A DNA stretch of 64,000 nt from an uncultured Granulicella sp. (GCA_965213785.1 OZ243921.1:913959-977958), one strand, 5' to 3'; shown: positions 1-10,504, numbered from the stretch's first letter. The notes: generated from the letters alone by a model not told the origin. Made by a program: numbers and translations.

Positions 1-326
1 TCCTCGGCATGTCCCTCGGGGCCTTTCTCTCCCTCGCCCACGCCGCCACGACCCCAGACATCCGCGCCATCGTAGAAATCTCCGGAGGCCTCGTCGAGCC
101 CTACGCCTCCCGCGCCACCTCCGCATTCCCTCCCACCCTCATCCTCCACGGAGAGCACGACCAGGTCGTCTCGGTCGAGCAGGCCCGCGCCCTCACCACT
201 CTCCTCACCCGCCTCAACGTCCGCCACGAAGGCCACATCGTACCCGGCGAAGGCCACTGGTTCACCCCGCCCGCCCAGCTCCGCATCCTCGCCGCCGTCG
301 CCCAGTTCCTCGGTCGCCATCTCTAG
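1..326 (+). CDS. Alpha/beta hydrolase (dienelactone hydrolase/esterase-like), 5'-partial
   Basis: Frame is open at the window edge. The ATG at 9 sits inside the GMSLG nucleophile elbow; later motifs are LILHGEHDQVV and GEGHWF. Confidence 0.8.
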   Translation, partial: LGMSLGAFLSLAHAATTPDIRAIVEISGGLVEPYASRATSAFPPTLILHGEHDQVVSVEQARALTTLLTRLNVRHEGHIVPGEGHWFTPPAQLRILAAVAQFLGRHL

Positions 327-399
327 CCCCGGCAACTTGCCCCTTGCCGCCCGCCGCCGGCCAAAGTACCCTTACCCTGAACCGAAAGGCAACCAAACC

Positions 400-921
400 A
401 TGAAGCGCATCGCTCTCGCCGCCGCCGCTACTCTCCTCCTTTCCTCCAGCCTCTTCGCCCAGGCCCCCTCGGGCCCGGCAGGCGAGGTCCTCGGCGCCTA
501 CAACCGCCTGAAGCCCAACATCCTCAAGGCCGCCGAAAAGATGCCGGCCGATGCCTACCAGAGCAAGCCCACGCCCGAGATCCGCACCTTCGCCCGTGTC
601 GTCAACCACATCACCGAAGCCCAGTCTCACACCTGCACCACCCTTCTCGGAACCAAGTTCGACGCCGCCGCCATGGTCCCCTCCGACACCGCCGAAAAGC
701 AAGTCGTGCTCGATGGACTCAAAGCGTCGTTCGACCTCTGCGACAAGGCCTACGGCGCTCTCACCGACGCCACCTCCATGGAGACCCTGCAGGCCGGGCC
801 CACCAAGCGCTCCCGCATCGGCATGGCCTGGGGCAACGTCTCTCACGATAACGAGCAGTACGCCATCCTCTCCCTCTACCTCCGCCTCAAAGGCCTCGTC
901 CCCCCCACCAGCGAGAAGTAG
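400..921 (+). CDS. DinB-family protein with signal peptide
   Basis: GAAAGG RBS, then MKRIALAAAATLLL signal. Motifs RTFARVVNHI and HDNEQYAILSLYLRLKGLVPPTS are typical of secreted DinB-like proteins. Confidence 0.8.
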   Translation: MKRIALAAAATLLLSSSLFAQAPSGPAGEVLGAYNRLKPNILKAAEKMPADAYQSKPTPEIRTFARVVNHITEAQSHTCTTLLGTKFDAAAMVPSDTAEKQVVLDGLKASFDLCDKAYGALTDATSMETLQAGPTKRSRIGMAWGNVSHDNEQYAILSLYLRLKGLVPPTSEK

Positions 922-979
922 CTCTTCCCCTCGCGGGCGCGGGGCAATAGGTGCTGCGCCCGCTCGCATCCAACCAGGC

Positions 980-1423
980 ATGAACCTCGTCGCCTACCTC
1001 ATCGCCATCGCCTCCGGAGCCGCCAACCCCTTCCAGTCCGGAGCCAACGCGGAACTCAACAAGCAGCTCGCCTCTCCCGTCTGGGCCGGCCTCTTCGTCT
1101 ACGCCACCGGACTGCTCGGCCTGCTCCTCGCCCAACTCGTCCTCCGCCAAGCCTTCCCCACTCATCAGGCCATCGACGGCGTCAGGCCATGGGCCTGGCT
1201 CGGAGGCCTCATCAGCATCGCCTCCACCCTCGCCGGCCTCACCCTCGCCCAGCGCCTTGGCTCCGGCGTCTTCACCGGCCTTACCCTCACCGCCTCACTC
1301 CTCACCTCCGTCGTCCTCGACCACTTCGGCTGGGTCGGCTTCCGCCAGCACCCCGCCTCGCCCGCCCGCCTCGGCGGCTGCGCCCTCATGGTCGCCGGAG
1401 TCTGGATCGTCTCCCGCTTCTGA
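980..1423 (+). CDS. DMT-family small transporter (YdcZ/DUF606-like)
   Basis: 147-aa hydrophobic protein with FQSGANAEL, WAWLGG and DHFGWVG motifs. ATG at 980 lies within ORF 551-1423. Confidence 0.85.
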   Translation: MNLVAYLIAIASGAANPFQSGANAELNKQLASPVWAGLFVYATGLLGLLLAQLVLRQAFPTHQAIDGVRPWAWLGGLISIASTLAGLTLAQRLGSGVFTGLTLTASLLTSVVLDHFGWVGFRQHPASPARLGGCALMVAGVWIVSRF

Positions 1424-1560
1424 GCCTCGACCAGCCCAGCAAAGCGAGGTCGATAAGACCCGCCGTCAACTGAAAATGGTCACCCGCCACTCCGACCAGA
1501 TCCAGACTCTAACCCAACCGGCCTGGGCATGCCTCCGCGCCAAAGCGAACACCCGCCCAC

Positions 1561-2241
1561 TCAGTAGCGACCGTTACCCGTCATCGACCGATGCAGTCGG
1601 CTGGCATTCAGATGCAGACGCAGGCTCGTGTAACTCAGCATCTCGTGCAGGTACCGTTGGTTCAGCTCATAGTCCGAGATCGTCCCGTACAGCGGCCTCG
1701 GCGACGTATACACCTCCAGCCCGAGCTCCTCGCAAAGGTAGCGGATGCGGAACAGGTGCGTCCCATCCGAAACCACCACCAGGTGCCCTAGGTGGTTCGC
1801 CCGCGCGATCGTCGCCAGCCGATCCACCTGCTCCTCTGTGTCCACGGAGCGCGTCTCCGCGATAATCCTTGCAAACGGAACCCCATTCGCCAGCAGGTAG
1901 TCCCGCGCCACCCCGCCCTCCGACAAGCCGGAGTTGTCGTCGTCTCCGCCTCCCAGCGTAATCAGCAAAGGCGCAATCCCCCGGTTGTACAACGCCACCG
2001 CATGGTCCAGACGCGCATGAAGCACAGGCGACGGCCGCCCCGCATACTCCGCCGCCCCGAATACCACAATCGCATCCGCCGGTCGTGCATGATCCTGCCC
2101 CGCAACCGCATGAATCTCGTAGAACACCCATACGCTCCAAACCAGCGCCACCGCCAGCGCCACCCCCAGCACACGCCGCAAAAACAATCGCAGCGTCGTC
2201 TCCGGCTCCCGGCGTCGCTGCCGATACGGTTCCCGTCGCAT
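1561..2241 (-). CDS. YdcF/DUF218-family protein
   Basis: N-terminal TM helix, then ADAIVVFGAA, ARLDHAVALY, LITLGG, SEGGVARDYL and SDGTHLFR. ATG at 2241 with GGAGG RBS. Confidence 0.85.
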   Translation of the reverse strand: MRREPYRQRRREPETTLRLFLRRVLGVALAVALVWSVWVFYEIHAVAGQDHARPADAIVVFGAAEYAGRPSPVLHARLDHAVALYNRGIAPLLITLGGGDDDNSGLSEGGVARDYLLANGVPFARIIAETRSVDTEEQVDRLATIARANHLGHLVVVSDGTHLFRIRYLCEELGLEVYTSPRPLYGTISDYELNQRYLHEMLSYTSLRLHLNASRLHRSMTGNGRY

Positions 2242-2252
2242 CCCCGCCTCCC

Positions 2253-2897
2253 CTAGCGCTGCAGCGCCAGCGCAATCTCGTGCGTCGGAATCGCCCCCTC
2301 GCGCAGAATCATCCACGAGTGCCCCCCACCCGAAAGATCCACGATCGTCGTCGCCACCGTCCGCGCCGTCGGCCCACCATCCACAATCAGGTCCAGCCGA
2401 TCTCCCAACTGGTCGAACACGCACAGGGCACTGGTGCATTCCGGATGCCCGTGCAGATTCGCGGAGGTCGCCGTAATCGGATGCCCAAGCCCCGCCACCA
2501 CCGCCCGCGAGATCGCCGCTTCCGGAACCCGCAGCGCCACATTCCCCGTTTGCGCCGTCACCCGCAGCGGCAGCTTGCTCCCCGCACGCACCACCAGCGT
2601 CAGCGGCCCCGGCCAGAACTTCTCCGCCAGCCGATCAAACGCGCCATCCAGGTTCCGCGCCAGCTCGTACGCCTGCGCCACCTCCGCAATGAGCAGGGAC
2701 AGCGGCTTGTGCCGCGCCCGCGACTTCACCTCGTAAATCCGCTCCACAGCCCGCAGATTCACCGGGTCCACCGCCAACCCATAGAAAGTATCGGTCGGCA
2801 ACGCCACCAGTTGGCCTGCGTTCAGCGTCCGAACCACCGTCTCGATGTGCGCGGGTTCCGGCTCGTCAGGGTCAATCCGTAGCATCTCGGCCGTCAA
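2253..2897 (-). CDS. tsaC: L-threonylcarbamoyladenylate synthase (TsaC/YrdC/Sua5 N-domain only)
   Basis: PTDTFYGL, IYEVKSR, KPL, FWPGPLT and TATSAN motifs. Probable TTG start at 2897 after CAGGAG; the ORF is open to 2939. Confidence 0.9.
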   Translation of the reverse strand: MTAEMLRIDPDEPEPAHIETVVRTLNAGQLVALPTDTFYGLAVDPVNLRAVERIYEVKSRARHKPLSLLIAEVAQAYELARNLDGAFDRLAEKFWPGPLTLVVRAGSKLPLRVTAQTGNVALRVPEAAISRAVVAGLGHPITATSANLHGHPECTSALCVFDQLGDRLDLIVDGGPTARTVATTIVDLSGGGHSWMILREGAIPTHEIALALQR

Positions 2898-3066
2898 ATC
2901 GTGCTCCTGTTTGGGGTACCGGGGGGGTCGCCTCACCATGGCCGTGCATATCCTTCAGGGTTGCCCGCCCAAGTCAACGTCCGCAAGTTCGCAGCATAGC
3001 ATTGCCCGGGTCCCGGCTCAATCCAGGCCATCCGTTCGGCCCGGCGGAAAGCGTAAGATCGACCCC

Positions 3067-3891
3067 GTGAGCAGACAATTTCAGGAAGGCGGAAGTCCGC
3101 GGGAAGCAGACGTACCCAGCTACCTCGTCACCAGCCGCGCCAACGCCCGCGTCAAGCAACTCCGCGCCGCCACCTCCGGCAACGCGCGCCTCAGCGGAGG
3201 CCTCGTCGCCATCGAAGGCGAAACCCTCATCGCCGAGGCCCTCCGCAGCGGACTCATGCTCAAGACGGTCTTCGTCAGCGAGCGACGTCCCGTCCCCCGC
3301 GGCCTCCCTGCCGGCGTCGAGGTCCTCCGCTGCGCCAACGAAGTCCTCCAAAGCGCCGTCGAAACGCAGTCCCCCCAAGGCATCGCCGCCCTCCTCCTGC
3401 CCCGCACCTGGACCCTCGAAGACACCCTCCTCGGCATCCCTCTCCTGCTCATAGCCGTCGGGCTGCAGGACCCCGGCAACCTCGGAACCCTCATCCGCTC
3501 CGCCGAAGCCTTCGGAGCCTCCGGCCTCCTCACCACCGAAGGCACCGTCTCCGCCTGGAACCAGAAAGCCATCCGCGCCTCCGCCGGCTCCGTTTTCCGT
3601 CTCCCCGTCGTCGCCGTCACCGAGGCCGAAGTCCAAAACCTCAAGCCCCGCCTCACCCTCTTAGCCGCGGTCGCCGCCGGCGAAGACACCCAGTCCCCCG
3701 CCCAGGCTAACCTCGTAGGCCCCTGCGCGCTCATGATCGGCAACGAAGGCGCCGGCCTCCCCGACCGCTGGCTCGCCCTTGCCGACCAGCGCATCACCAT
3801 CCCCTGCCCCGGCCAGGTGGAAAGCCTCAACGCCGCCGTCGCCGGATCCCTCCTCCTCTACGAGGCGAGCCGTCAGCGAGCCTCCCCATGA
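3067..3891 (+). CDS. TrmH/SpoU-family RNA methyltransferase
   Basis: QDPGNLGTLIRSAEAFG, IGNEGAGL and VESLNAAVAG SPOUT motifs. Start is uncertain (GTG 3067). Confidence 0.9.
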   Translation: MSRQFQEGGSPREADVPSYLVTSRANARVKQLRAATSGNARLSGGLVAIEGETLIAEALRSGLMLKTVFVSERRPVPRGLPAGVEVLRCANEVLQSAVETQSPQGIAALLLPRTWTLEDTLLGIPLLLIAVGLQDPGNLGTLIRSAEAFGASGLLTTEGTVSAWNQKAIRASAGSVFRLPVVAVTEAEVQNLKPRLTLLAAVAAGEDTQSPAQANLVGPCALMIGNEGAGLPDRWLALADQRITIPCPGQVESLNAAVAGSLLLYEASRQRASP

Positions 3892-5240
3892 GCCTCTTCG
3901 ACGTCTCTCCCCTCGCCCAGCCAACCCACGCCCGCCCCGCACCCCTCGCCGAGCGCATGCGCCCACGCACCCTGGACGAGTACGTTGGCCAGGACCACCT
4001 CCTGGCCCCCAGCAAGCCCCTCCGCCTCGCCATCGACCGCGACGATCCCACCTCCATGATCTTCTGGGGTCCGCCCGGAACCGGCAAAACCACCCTCGCC
4101 AAGATCATCGCCCAACGCACCGAGGCCTCCTTCATCGAGTTCTCCGCCGTCCTCAGCGGCATCAAGGAGATCAAGCAGGTCATGGTCGAGGCCGAAAAAG
4201 CCTCAGCCTTCGGATCCCGCACCATCCTCTTCGTCGACGAGATCCATCGTTTCAACAAGGCTCAGCAGGACGCCTTCCTGCCCTACGTCGAGCGCGGCAC
4301 CATCCGCCTCATCGGCGCCACCACCGAGAACCCCTCCTTTGAGATCAACGCCGCCCTTCTCTCCCGATGCCGCGTCTACACCCTCACCGGCCTCACCGAA
4401 CCGCAGGTCATCGGCCTCCTCAAACGGGCCCTCGAAGACCCAGACCGCGGCCTCGGCCAGGCCACCATCGCCGCAGACCCGGAAGCCCTCGCCACCATTG
4501 CGGCCTACAGCAGCGGGGACGCCCGCAACGCCCTCAACGCCCTCGAAGTCGCCGCCCACCTCGCCATCTCCCGCGCCGAACCCCTCACCCCGGCCCTCGC
4601 CGCCGAAGCCCTCCAGAAGCGCGTCCTCCTCTACGACAAGACGGGCGAGCAGCACTACGACGTCATCTCCGCCCTCCACAAGAGCGTCCGCAACTCAGAC
4701 CCCGACGCCGCTCTCTACTGGCTCGGCCGCATGCTCGAAGCCGGTGAAGATCCCATGTACGTCGCCCGCCGCATCGTCCGCATGGCCATCGAAGACATCG
4801 GCCTCGCCGCCCCGGAAGCCCTCAATCTCTGCCTCAGCGCCCGTGATGCCATGCACTTCCTCGGCCAGCCGGAGGGCGCCCTCGCCCTTGCCCAGGCCGT
4901 CGTCTACCTCGCGCTCGCCCCCAAATCGAACGCCGTCTACACCGCCTACGGGGCCGTGCAGGCAGACATCCAGAAGACCGCCGCCGAGCCCGTCCCGCTC
5001 CACCTCCGCAACGCCCCCACCCGCCTCATGAAGGAGCTAGACTACGGCCGCGACTACCAGTACGCCCACGATCTGGAGAACAAGGTAGCCGCCATGGAGT
5101 GCCTTCCCGCCTCCCTCGCCGGCCGCCGCTACTACGTCCCCACCCACGAAGGCCGCGAGAAAGCCCTCGCCGCCCGCATGGAGGAGATTTGCCGCCTCAA
5201 AGCTGAAGCCGCCGAAAATCCTACCGGCTCTGCCGGATAA
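3888..5240 (+). CDS. rarA: Replication-associated recombination protein A (RarA/MgsA)
   Basis: PLAERMRPRTLDE, GPPGTGKTT, DEIHRFNKAQQD and ISALHKSVRNSDPDAALYWL. Confidence 0.95.
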   Translation: MSLFDVSPLAQPTHARPAPLAERMRPRTLDEYVGQDHLLAPSKPLRLAIDRDDPTSMIFWGPPGTGKTTLAKIIAQRTEASFIEFSAVLSGIKEIKQVMVEAEKASAFGSRTILFVDEIHRFNKAQQDAFLPYVERGTIRLIGATTENPSFEINAALLSRCRVYTLTGLTEPQVIGLLKRALEDPDRGLGQATIAADPEALATIAAYSSGDARNALNALEVAAHLAISRAEPLTPALAAEALQKRVLLYDKTGEQHYDVISALHKSVRNSDPDAALYWLGRMLEAGEDPMYVARRIVRMAIEDIGLAAPEALNLCLSARDAMHFLGQPEGALALAQAVVYLALAPKSNAVYTAYGAVQADIQKTAAEPVPLHLRNAPTRLMKELDYGRDYQYAHDLENKVAAMECLPASLAGRRYYVPTHEGREKALAARMEEICRLKAEAAENPTGSAG

Positions 5241-5631
5241 ACGCCTCCGGAGACCCCTCCGCCGGATGCACGAACACCACATCCGTCGGCTGCCGCCGCG
5301 GCGTATCGACTGCCAGGAAGATCACCGGGTACTCCGTGATCTCCGGCATCGCATGAACCGTGTTGCGCTCAAAATGCAGAAACGTCCCCGGCCCAAACGC
5401 GATCGTCTGCCCCACCTCATGCATCCAGAACGTCCCCCGCCCGGAAAGCACATACAGGTGCTCGTCGCAGTGCACATGGTAGTGCGCCGGCGTAGGCCGG
5501 TACACCCGGAACACCCGCGAACTCGCAGTAGGCCGGTCCGTCAGGTAGGTATCGAGCAGCATCGTCTCCGCTGTCTCCGGAAACGCCGCCGCAATCGCAT
5601 TCACATCGAACGCGCCAGACCCGTCGCTCAC
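5221..5631 (-). CDS. Cupin-domain protein
   Basis: HYHVHCDEHLYVLSGRG and HFERNTVH cupin motifs. Probable GTG start at 5631, overlapping the upstream gene's stop; 3' end overlaps rarA by 20 nt. Confidence 0.75.
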   Translation of the reverse strand: MSDGSGAFDVNAIAAAFPETAETMLLDTYLTDRPTASSRVFRVYRPTPAHYHVHCDEHLYVLSGRGTFWMHEVGQTIAFGPGTFLHFERNTVHAMPEITEYPVIFLAVDTPRRQPTDVVFVHPAEGSPEAFIRQSR

Positions 5632-6650
5632 TTCCCCACCACCAGAATCGAGAACGTCTCGGGAATCACCTCGCCCCGTCCGGGCCGTCCTCCCGGGCTC
5701 GCCGGGGCCGGTGCCGTAAAGTCCGCGGCAATCAGCAGAATGTGGTTCGTCTTCGGATCGAGCGTCAACGTCTTCGCATGAGGCAGCGTAGTCAGCGTCT
5801 GCTCCACCGCAAAACTCGTCGGGCTCTTCTCCTTCACAATCGTCAGCGTCCCCTCTCCCTGCGAGCTGAAGACCTCCATCGTCGCCGGGTTGAACACCGC
5901 CCCATCCGTCCCCTTGCCAATCGGCAGCGTCTCCAGGATCATCCCGTCCGACGCCTTCAGCACGACCATCGTCTGCGGATCGCGGCACGTCGCGAACAGG
6001 ATGCCATTCTTGTGGTCGATCGCCAGCCCCGCGCACGTCCCCCCCTTCCCCGCCAGGTCATACGTCTTCTCGATCGTCATCGTCTTCGCATCCACCACCG
6101 CGATGCTGCCCTTGTCCTCGAGGTCGATATACAGATGTCCCTTGCCGTCGGAAACCGCCTGCTCCGGTGCGCCCCCCAGGTCGAGCGTCCCCGTAACCAT
6201 CCCGTCCTTCGCATCGATCGCCGTCAGGTTCGGGCTCCCATGGCTCAGGATGTACACGCGCCCGTTGTACGGATCGGTAAAGATGCCATCCGGCCCGCCC
6301 GTCACGTCGATCGTCTTGATCGCCTTCAACGTCGCCGCATCCCACATCGCCACCGGACGGCTGCTCGCAAATCCATGCCCCTCCGACACCGTCACGCCGT
6401 GCGCCGACGCCGCAATCTCCCCGGCAGGCTCCAGCGTGTCCAGGTGGAACACCGTGATGCGCGGGCTGGACCCCGTTCGCGGAATGTACAAGCGCCGTCC
6501 CACGGCATCCGCGTACACATAGTCGAACCCGCCCGCTCCACCCACCTTCGCCGTCTTCAAAATCTTGTAGGGTCCCGGCGTCCCCTGCCCGGCAAGCGGA
6601 AGCGCAAAAAGGGTGGTGGCAAGGGCGAGCGGAGCAAGCATCTTCAGCAC
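5628..6650 (-). CDS. Secreted YncE/YVTN-like beta-propeller protein
   Basis: Signal peptide, GGFDYVYAD, repeated propeller blades (GPDGI, GAPEQ) and AKTLTLDPKT. Confidence 0.85.
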   Translation of the reverse strand: MLKMLAPLALATTLFALPLAGQGTPGPYKILKTAKVGGAGGFDYVYADAVGRRLYIPRTGSSPRITVFHLDTLEPAGEIAASAHGVTVSEGHGFASSRPVAMWDAATLKAIKTIDVTGGPDGIFTDPYNGRVYILSHGSPNLTAIDAKDGMVTGTLDLGGAPEQAVSDGKGHLYIDLEDKGSIAVVDAKTMTIEKTYDLAGKGGTCAGLAIDHKNGILFATCRDPQTMVVLKASDGMILETLPIGKGTDGAVFNPATMEVFSSQGEGTLTIVKEKSPTSFAVEQTLTTLPHAKTLTLDPKTNHILLIAADFTAPAPASPGGRPGRGEVIPETFSILVVGK

Positions 6651-6835
6651 GGTAGTTCTCCTGTCGGTTCAATCTTCGCGGCTTCGGTAAGCCCCCGAAA
6701 GCACACATCCACCGCTTTGAGGCCATCCTACAGCACCATCCTTAAGCGATCCTGAACCACGCAAGAGGGCATAATGGAAAGAGTGCATCTCGCGCGAGAA
6801 ACCGCTCCGCGAACCAGGAAGAAGGACGGAACAGC

Positions 6836-7933
6836 ATGGCTTTAAACTGCGGAATTGTCGGTCTGCCGAACGTGGGCAAAAGCACCATCTTCAACGCGCT
6901 CACCTCGGCCAAGGCGCAGGCAGCGAACTACCCCTTCTGCACCATCGACCCCAACACCGGCGTCGTCACCGTCCCCGACCCCCGCCTTGACAAGATCGCC
7001 GCCCTCATCAAGCCCAAGAGCCTCGTCCCCACCACCATGGAGTTTATCGACATCGCCGGCCTCGTCGAAGGCGCCAGCAAGGGCGAAGGCCTCGGCAACC
7101 AGTTTCTCGGCCACATCCGCTCCACTGACGCCGTCCTCCACGTCGTCCGCTGCTTCGCCGACCCCGAGGTGATCCACGTCGCCGGCGGCGTCAACCCCCT
7201 CCACGACATCGACATCATCAACACAGAACTCCTCCTCGCCGACCTCGAAACCTGCGAAAAACGATTCAGCAAAATCGAGCGCCAGCTCAAGGGCAACGCC
7301 GACGGCAAAGTCCGAGCCGAAGGGGCCGCCCTCGAAAGCCTCCTGGGTGCCCTCCGCGAAGGCCGCGCCGCCCGCACCGTCACCCTCACCGACGAAGAAA
7401 AACCGTACGCCCGCGACCTCCACCTCATCACGGCCAAGCCCATGCTCTACGTCAGCAACGTCGACGAAGACGGCCTCGCCGGAGGCAACCAGTGGGTCGA
7501 CGCCGTCGAAGCCCGGGCCAGCGAAGATGGAAGCCAGGTCGTTCGCATCTGCGGCTCCATGGAGTCCGAAATCGCCCAACTAGAACCCTCCGAGCGCGCC
7601 GAGTTTCTCGAAGGCATGGGCCTCGCAGAACCCGGCCTTAACCGCCTCATCCACCAGTCCTACAAACTCCTCGACCTCATCACCTACTTCACCGCCGGCG
7701 TCCAGGAAGTCCGCGCCTGGACCATCCGCCGCGGCACCAAGGCCCCCGGAGCCGCCGGCGTCATCCACTCCGACTTCGAAAAAGGCTTCATCAAGGCCGA
7801 CTGCTACCACTCCGACGACCTCTTCCGCCTCGGCAGCGAACTAGCCGTCAAGGAAAAGGGCCTCCTCCGCTCCGAAGGCAAGGAATACATCGTCAAGGAT
7901 GGCGACATCCTCTTCTTCAAATTCAACGTGTAA
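6836..7933 (+). CDS. ychF: Redox-regulated ATPase YchF
   Basis: [42 protein letters not shown] and C-terminal [12 protein letters not shown]. Confidence 0.97.
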   Translation: MALNCGIVGLPNVGKSTIFNALTSAKAQAANYPFCTIDPNTGVVTVPDPRLDKIAALIKPKSLVPTTMEFIDIAGLVEGASKGEGLGNQFLGHIRSTDAVLHVVRCFADPEVIHVAGGVNPLHDIDIINTELLLADLETCEKRFSKIERQLKGNADGKVRAEGAALESLLGALREGRAARTVTLTDEEKPYARDLHLITAKPMLYVSNVDEDGLAGGNQWVDAVEARASEDGSQVVRICGSMESEIAQLEPSERAEFLEGMGLAEPGLNRLIHQSYKLLDLITYFTAGVQEVRAWTIRRGTKAPGAAGVIHSDFEKGFIKADCYHSDDLFRLGSELAVKEKGLLRSEGKEYIVKDGDILFFKFNV

Positions 7934-7936
7934 CCC

Positions 7937-10048
7937 TCACTTCGTATCCCGCGCAATCGCCTCCAGCACCAGCGACTTCGTCAGCACCTCCGGCAGCACA
8001 TCCTCCGCCGCGCCCTTCCCTGCCGGATAAATCACATACGTCGGAACCCCCGACCGATGCACCGCCGCCAGCTCCTGTGTAATCGCCGGATCATACTGCG
8101 TCCAGTCCGCACGAATCAGCGCCACCTTATGCGCCGCCAATTGCTCCTGCACCTCCGCCGAGTGCAGCACCAGCTGCTCATTCACCCGGCACGATAAGCA
8201 CCAGGCCGCCGTAAAGTCGATAAACACCGGCCGCCCCGAAGCCCGCGCCGCCGTCAGAGCCTCCTTCGTATAAGGCGCCCACGCAAGCGTCATATCCTTC
8301 TTCTGGTACAGCGGCAGCGCCACCGCAGCCACCACCAGCAGACAAGCCGCCAGCGTGCTTCCCGTCCGCGCTGGCCACCGTCCCAGCGCCCACCCCGCCA
8401 CCGAAAGCACCACCAGACCCACAATCAGCCAGAACTCCCGATCCACCCCCTGCGAAGGCGTCGTGCTCGACGTATACAGGTTCCCATAAACCCAAAGCAG
8501 CCAAGCCACCGTCAAAAACAGCGGGATCGCCGTAAGCTGCTTCAACACCTCCATCCAGGCCCCCGGCCGCGGCAGCACCCGTGTCCACGAAGGCTGAAAG
8601 CTCAGCGCCAGATAAGGCGTAGCCAGCCCCAGCCCCAGCGCCGTAAAGATTGCAAACGTCACCGCCGCCGATTGCGCCAGCGCAAACCCGATCGCCGCCC
8701 CCATCAGCGGAGCCGTGCACGGCGTCGCCACAATCGTCGCCAGCACCCCGGTAAAGAAGCTCCCCGCATACCCCTGCTTCTGCGCCAGCCCCCCACCCAC
8801 CGACGTCAGCGACAGCCCCAGGTCGAACTGCCCCGCCAGCGACAGTGCAAAAAAGAACAGCCCCAGCGCCAGCACCGCAATAAACGTCGGCGACTGCAGT
8901 TGGAAGCCCCACCCCGCCTGGTTTCCCCCCGCGCGCAGCACCAGCAACACCGCCACAATTACCCAGAAAGACACCAGGATCCCCAGCGTATACACCAGCC
9001 CATGCGCCCGCAGCCGTCCCCGCTCCTCCTGCGAGGACTGCACCAGCGCCAGCCCCTTCAAAAACAGCACCGGAAACACGCACGGCATCAGGTTCAAAAT
9101 AATCCCGCCCACAAACGCCAGCCCCACCGCCAGCGGAAGCGTCAGCCCAGAAGCATTCGCCGGGGCTCCACCCTCCGGAACCTCCCCCGCCACCACTGCA
9201 GCCGACACCTGGTACGACAGTTTGTCCGAAAGCTTGAACACCCCGTGCAGCACCTTCGGCAGCGCCCCCACCTTCTTCGTCTCAGGATCGACAAACCGCG
9301 GAATCCGCAGCTGCACCCCGCCCGGAATCGTCGTCACATCCTGATCCGCCGCGTTGTCGATCTGGTCCGGCTCATCCGGATAAAACTCCGCGTCCTCGAT
9401 CGCCGATGAAGTCATCAGCGTCAACACAAAATCCTTGCTCCCCCCCACCACCGTAAACTTCGTCCCCGCCGGGGGATTCAGCGGCAGCAGCGCCAGCGAT
9501 GCCCCCAGCGCCCCCACCGGCGGCAGAGGCGTCACCGGAGCCGTCACCACCGTCAGGTTCAGCCCAAGGTGCGCCCGCCCCGGAATGCACGTCGACGAGC
9601 AAACCAGCCAGTCCACCCGCGCATCCAGATGCAACGGCCCCGGCTTCACCTCCTTCGCTGCCTTCAGCGTAATCGGAAACGCCACCGCATCCTCATACCC
9701 AAAGTCCATCAGAGGCCCCAGCGGCAGCCGCGAAGGCGCCGGAAACTGCAGCGGCCCCGCCGTAATCCCGGCCGGCATCGTCCAGGTCACTCGCGGTGGC
9801 TGCCCGGAATCCCCCGCGTTCCGCCAGTAAACATGCCACTTTTCCTCGAGCGTCAGCACGAGCCCGGCCTGCACCGTTCCTCCCGGGTTGATCGACGGAG
9901 AAAGGGTGGTCAGCTCAGCCGTCAGATGTTCCGCCTTTACCGGACCGGGCCCCCCATCGCCCACCATCGTCAACTGCCCACGAGCGACAGAGAACGAACT
10001 CAGCAAAAGAACAACAAGACTCACGAGACGCCGTCGCAGGATCATCAC
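7937..10048 (-). CDS. dsbD: Protein-disulfide reductase DsbD family (N-domain + membrane + thioredoxin)
   Basis: WHVYWRNAGDSG, LNLMPCVFPVL, ATPCTAP and DFTAAWCLSC. Confidence 0.9.
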   Translation of the reverse strand: MMILRRRLVSLVVLLLSSFSVARGQLTMVGDGGPGPVKAEHLTAELTTLSPSINPGGTVQAGLVLTLEEKWHVYWRNAGDSGQPPRVTWTMPAGITAGPLQFPAPSRLPLGPLMDFGYEDAVAFPITLKAAKEVKPGPLHLDARVDWLVCSSTCIPGRAHLGLNLTVVTAPVTPLPPVGALGASLALLPLNPPAGTKFTVVGGSKDFVLTLMTSSAIEDAEFYPDEPDQIDNAADQDVTTIPGGVQLRIPRFVDPETKKVGALPKVLHGVFKLSDKLSYQVSAAVVAGEVPEGGAPANASGLTLPLAVGLAFVGGIILNLMPCVFPVLFLKGLALVQSSQEERGRLRAHGLVYTLGILVSFWVIVAVLLVLRAGGNQAGWGFQLQSPTFIAVLALGLFFFALSLAGQFDLGLSLTSVGGGLAQKQGYAGSFFTGVLATIVATPCTAPLMGAAIGFALAQSAAVTFAIFTALGLGLATPYLALSFQPSWTRVLPRPGAWMEVLKQLTAIPLFLTVAWLLWVYGNLYTSSTTPSQGVDREFWLIVGLVVLSVAGWALGRWPARTGSTLAACLLVVAAVALPLYQKKDMTLAWAPYTKEALTAARASGRPVFIDFTAAWCLSCRVNEQLVLHSAEVQEQLAAHKVALIRADWTQYDPAITQELAAVHRSGVPTYVIYPAGKGAAEDVLPEVLTKSLVLEAIARDTK

Positions 10049-10084
10049 TCTCGATTGTAGATGCCCCGCGATCGCCTCACCGCC

Positions 10085-10504
10085 CCTGACCGCCGGAAGG
10101 TCTATCGAAAACGGCCTGGCCGAAGCGGATTGCGCTTATGAGGAGGCCGGCGTTGCGCTCGATGGCTTTTGTCGAGAGGGATGGGCGCGCGTCCGCGGCG
10201 CACCTTAGCCTCGAGGTTGCCGGGCAGACCGGGCGGGTCGACATCGCCCACCGGAAGCTCAAGTCGTATGACGGGGTTCATAGCGTTCAGGCTCCGCAGA
10301 CGAAGGTCGGAGTGCAGTGCCTTGAGCGAGGTGATCAGCAAGATCCCGGTCTCTCAAGGCCATCGGATGCATCACTTCCCACGCTACAACGAGTAGGCGC
10401 GGGAGGGAACGAGCCCGAGGCGATTCCGATGCCGACGCGGATGATCGAGTTCGCGGCGGCCGCACCCGCCCTGAAGTAACCTGCCCGGGGTTCCGGCGGT
10501 CAGG
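10085..10504. mobile_element. 420-bp segment bounded by perfect 14-bp inverted repeats (MITE/IS-relic or invertible segment)
   Basis: CCTGACCGCCGGAA at 10085-10098 and its exact reverse complement TTCCGGCGGTCAGG at 10491-10504. Inner ends read TG..CA (10087-10502). No transposase or target-site duplication recognised. Confidence 0.4.

Noticed and set aside
10138-10479. 113-aa plus ORF inside the inverted-repeat segment
   Set aside because: No recognisable motif, no transposase signature and no clear codon bias; not called as CDS.
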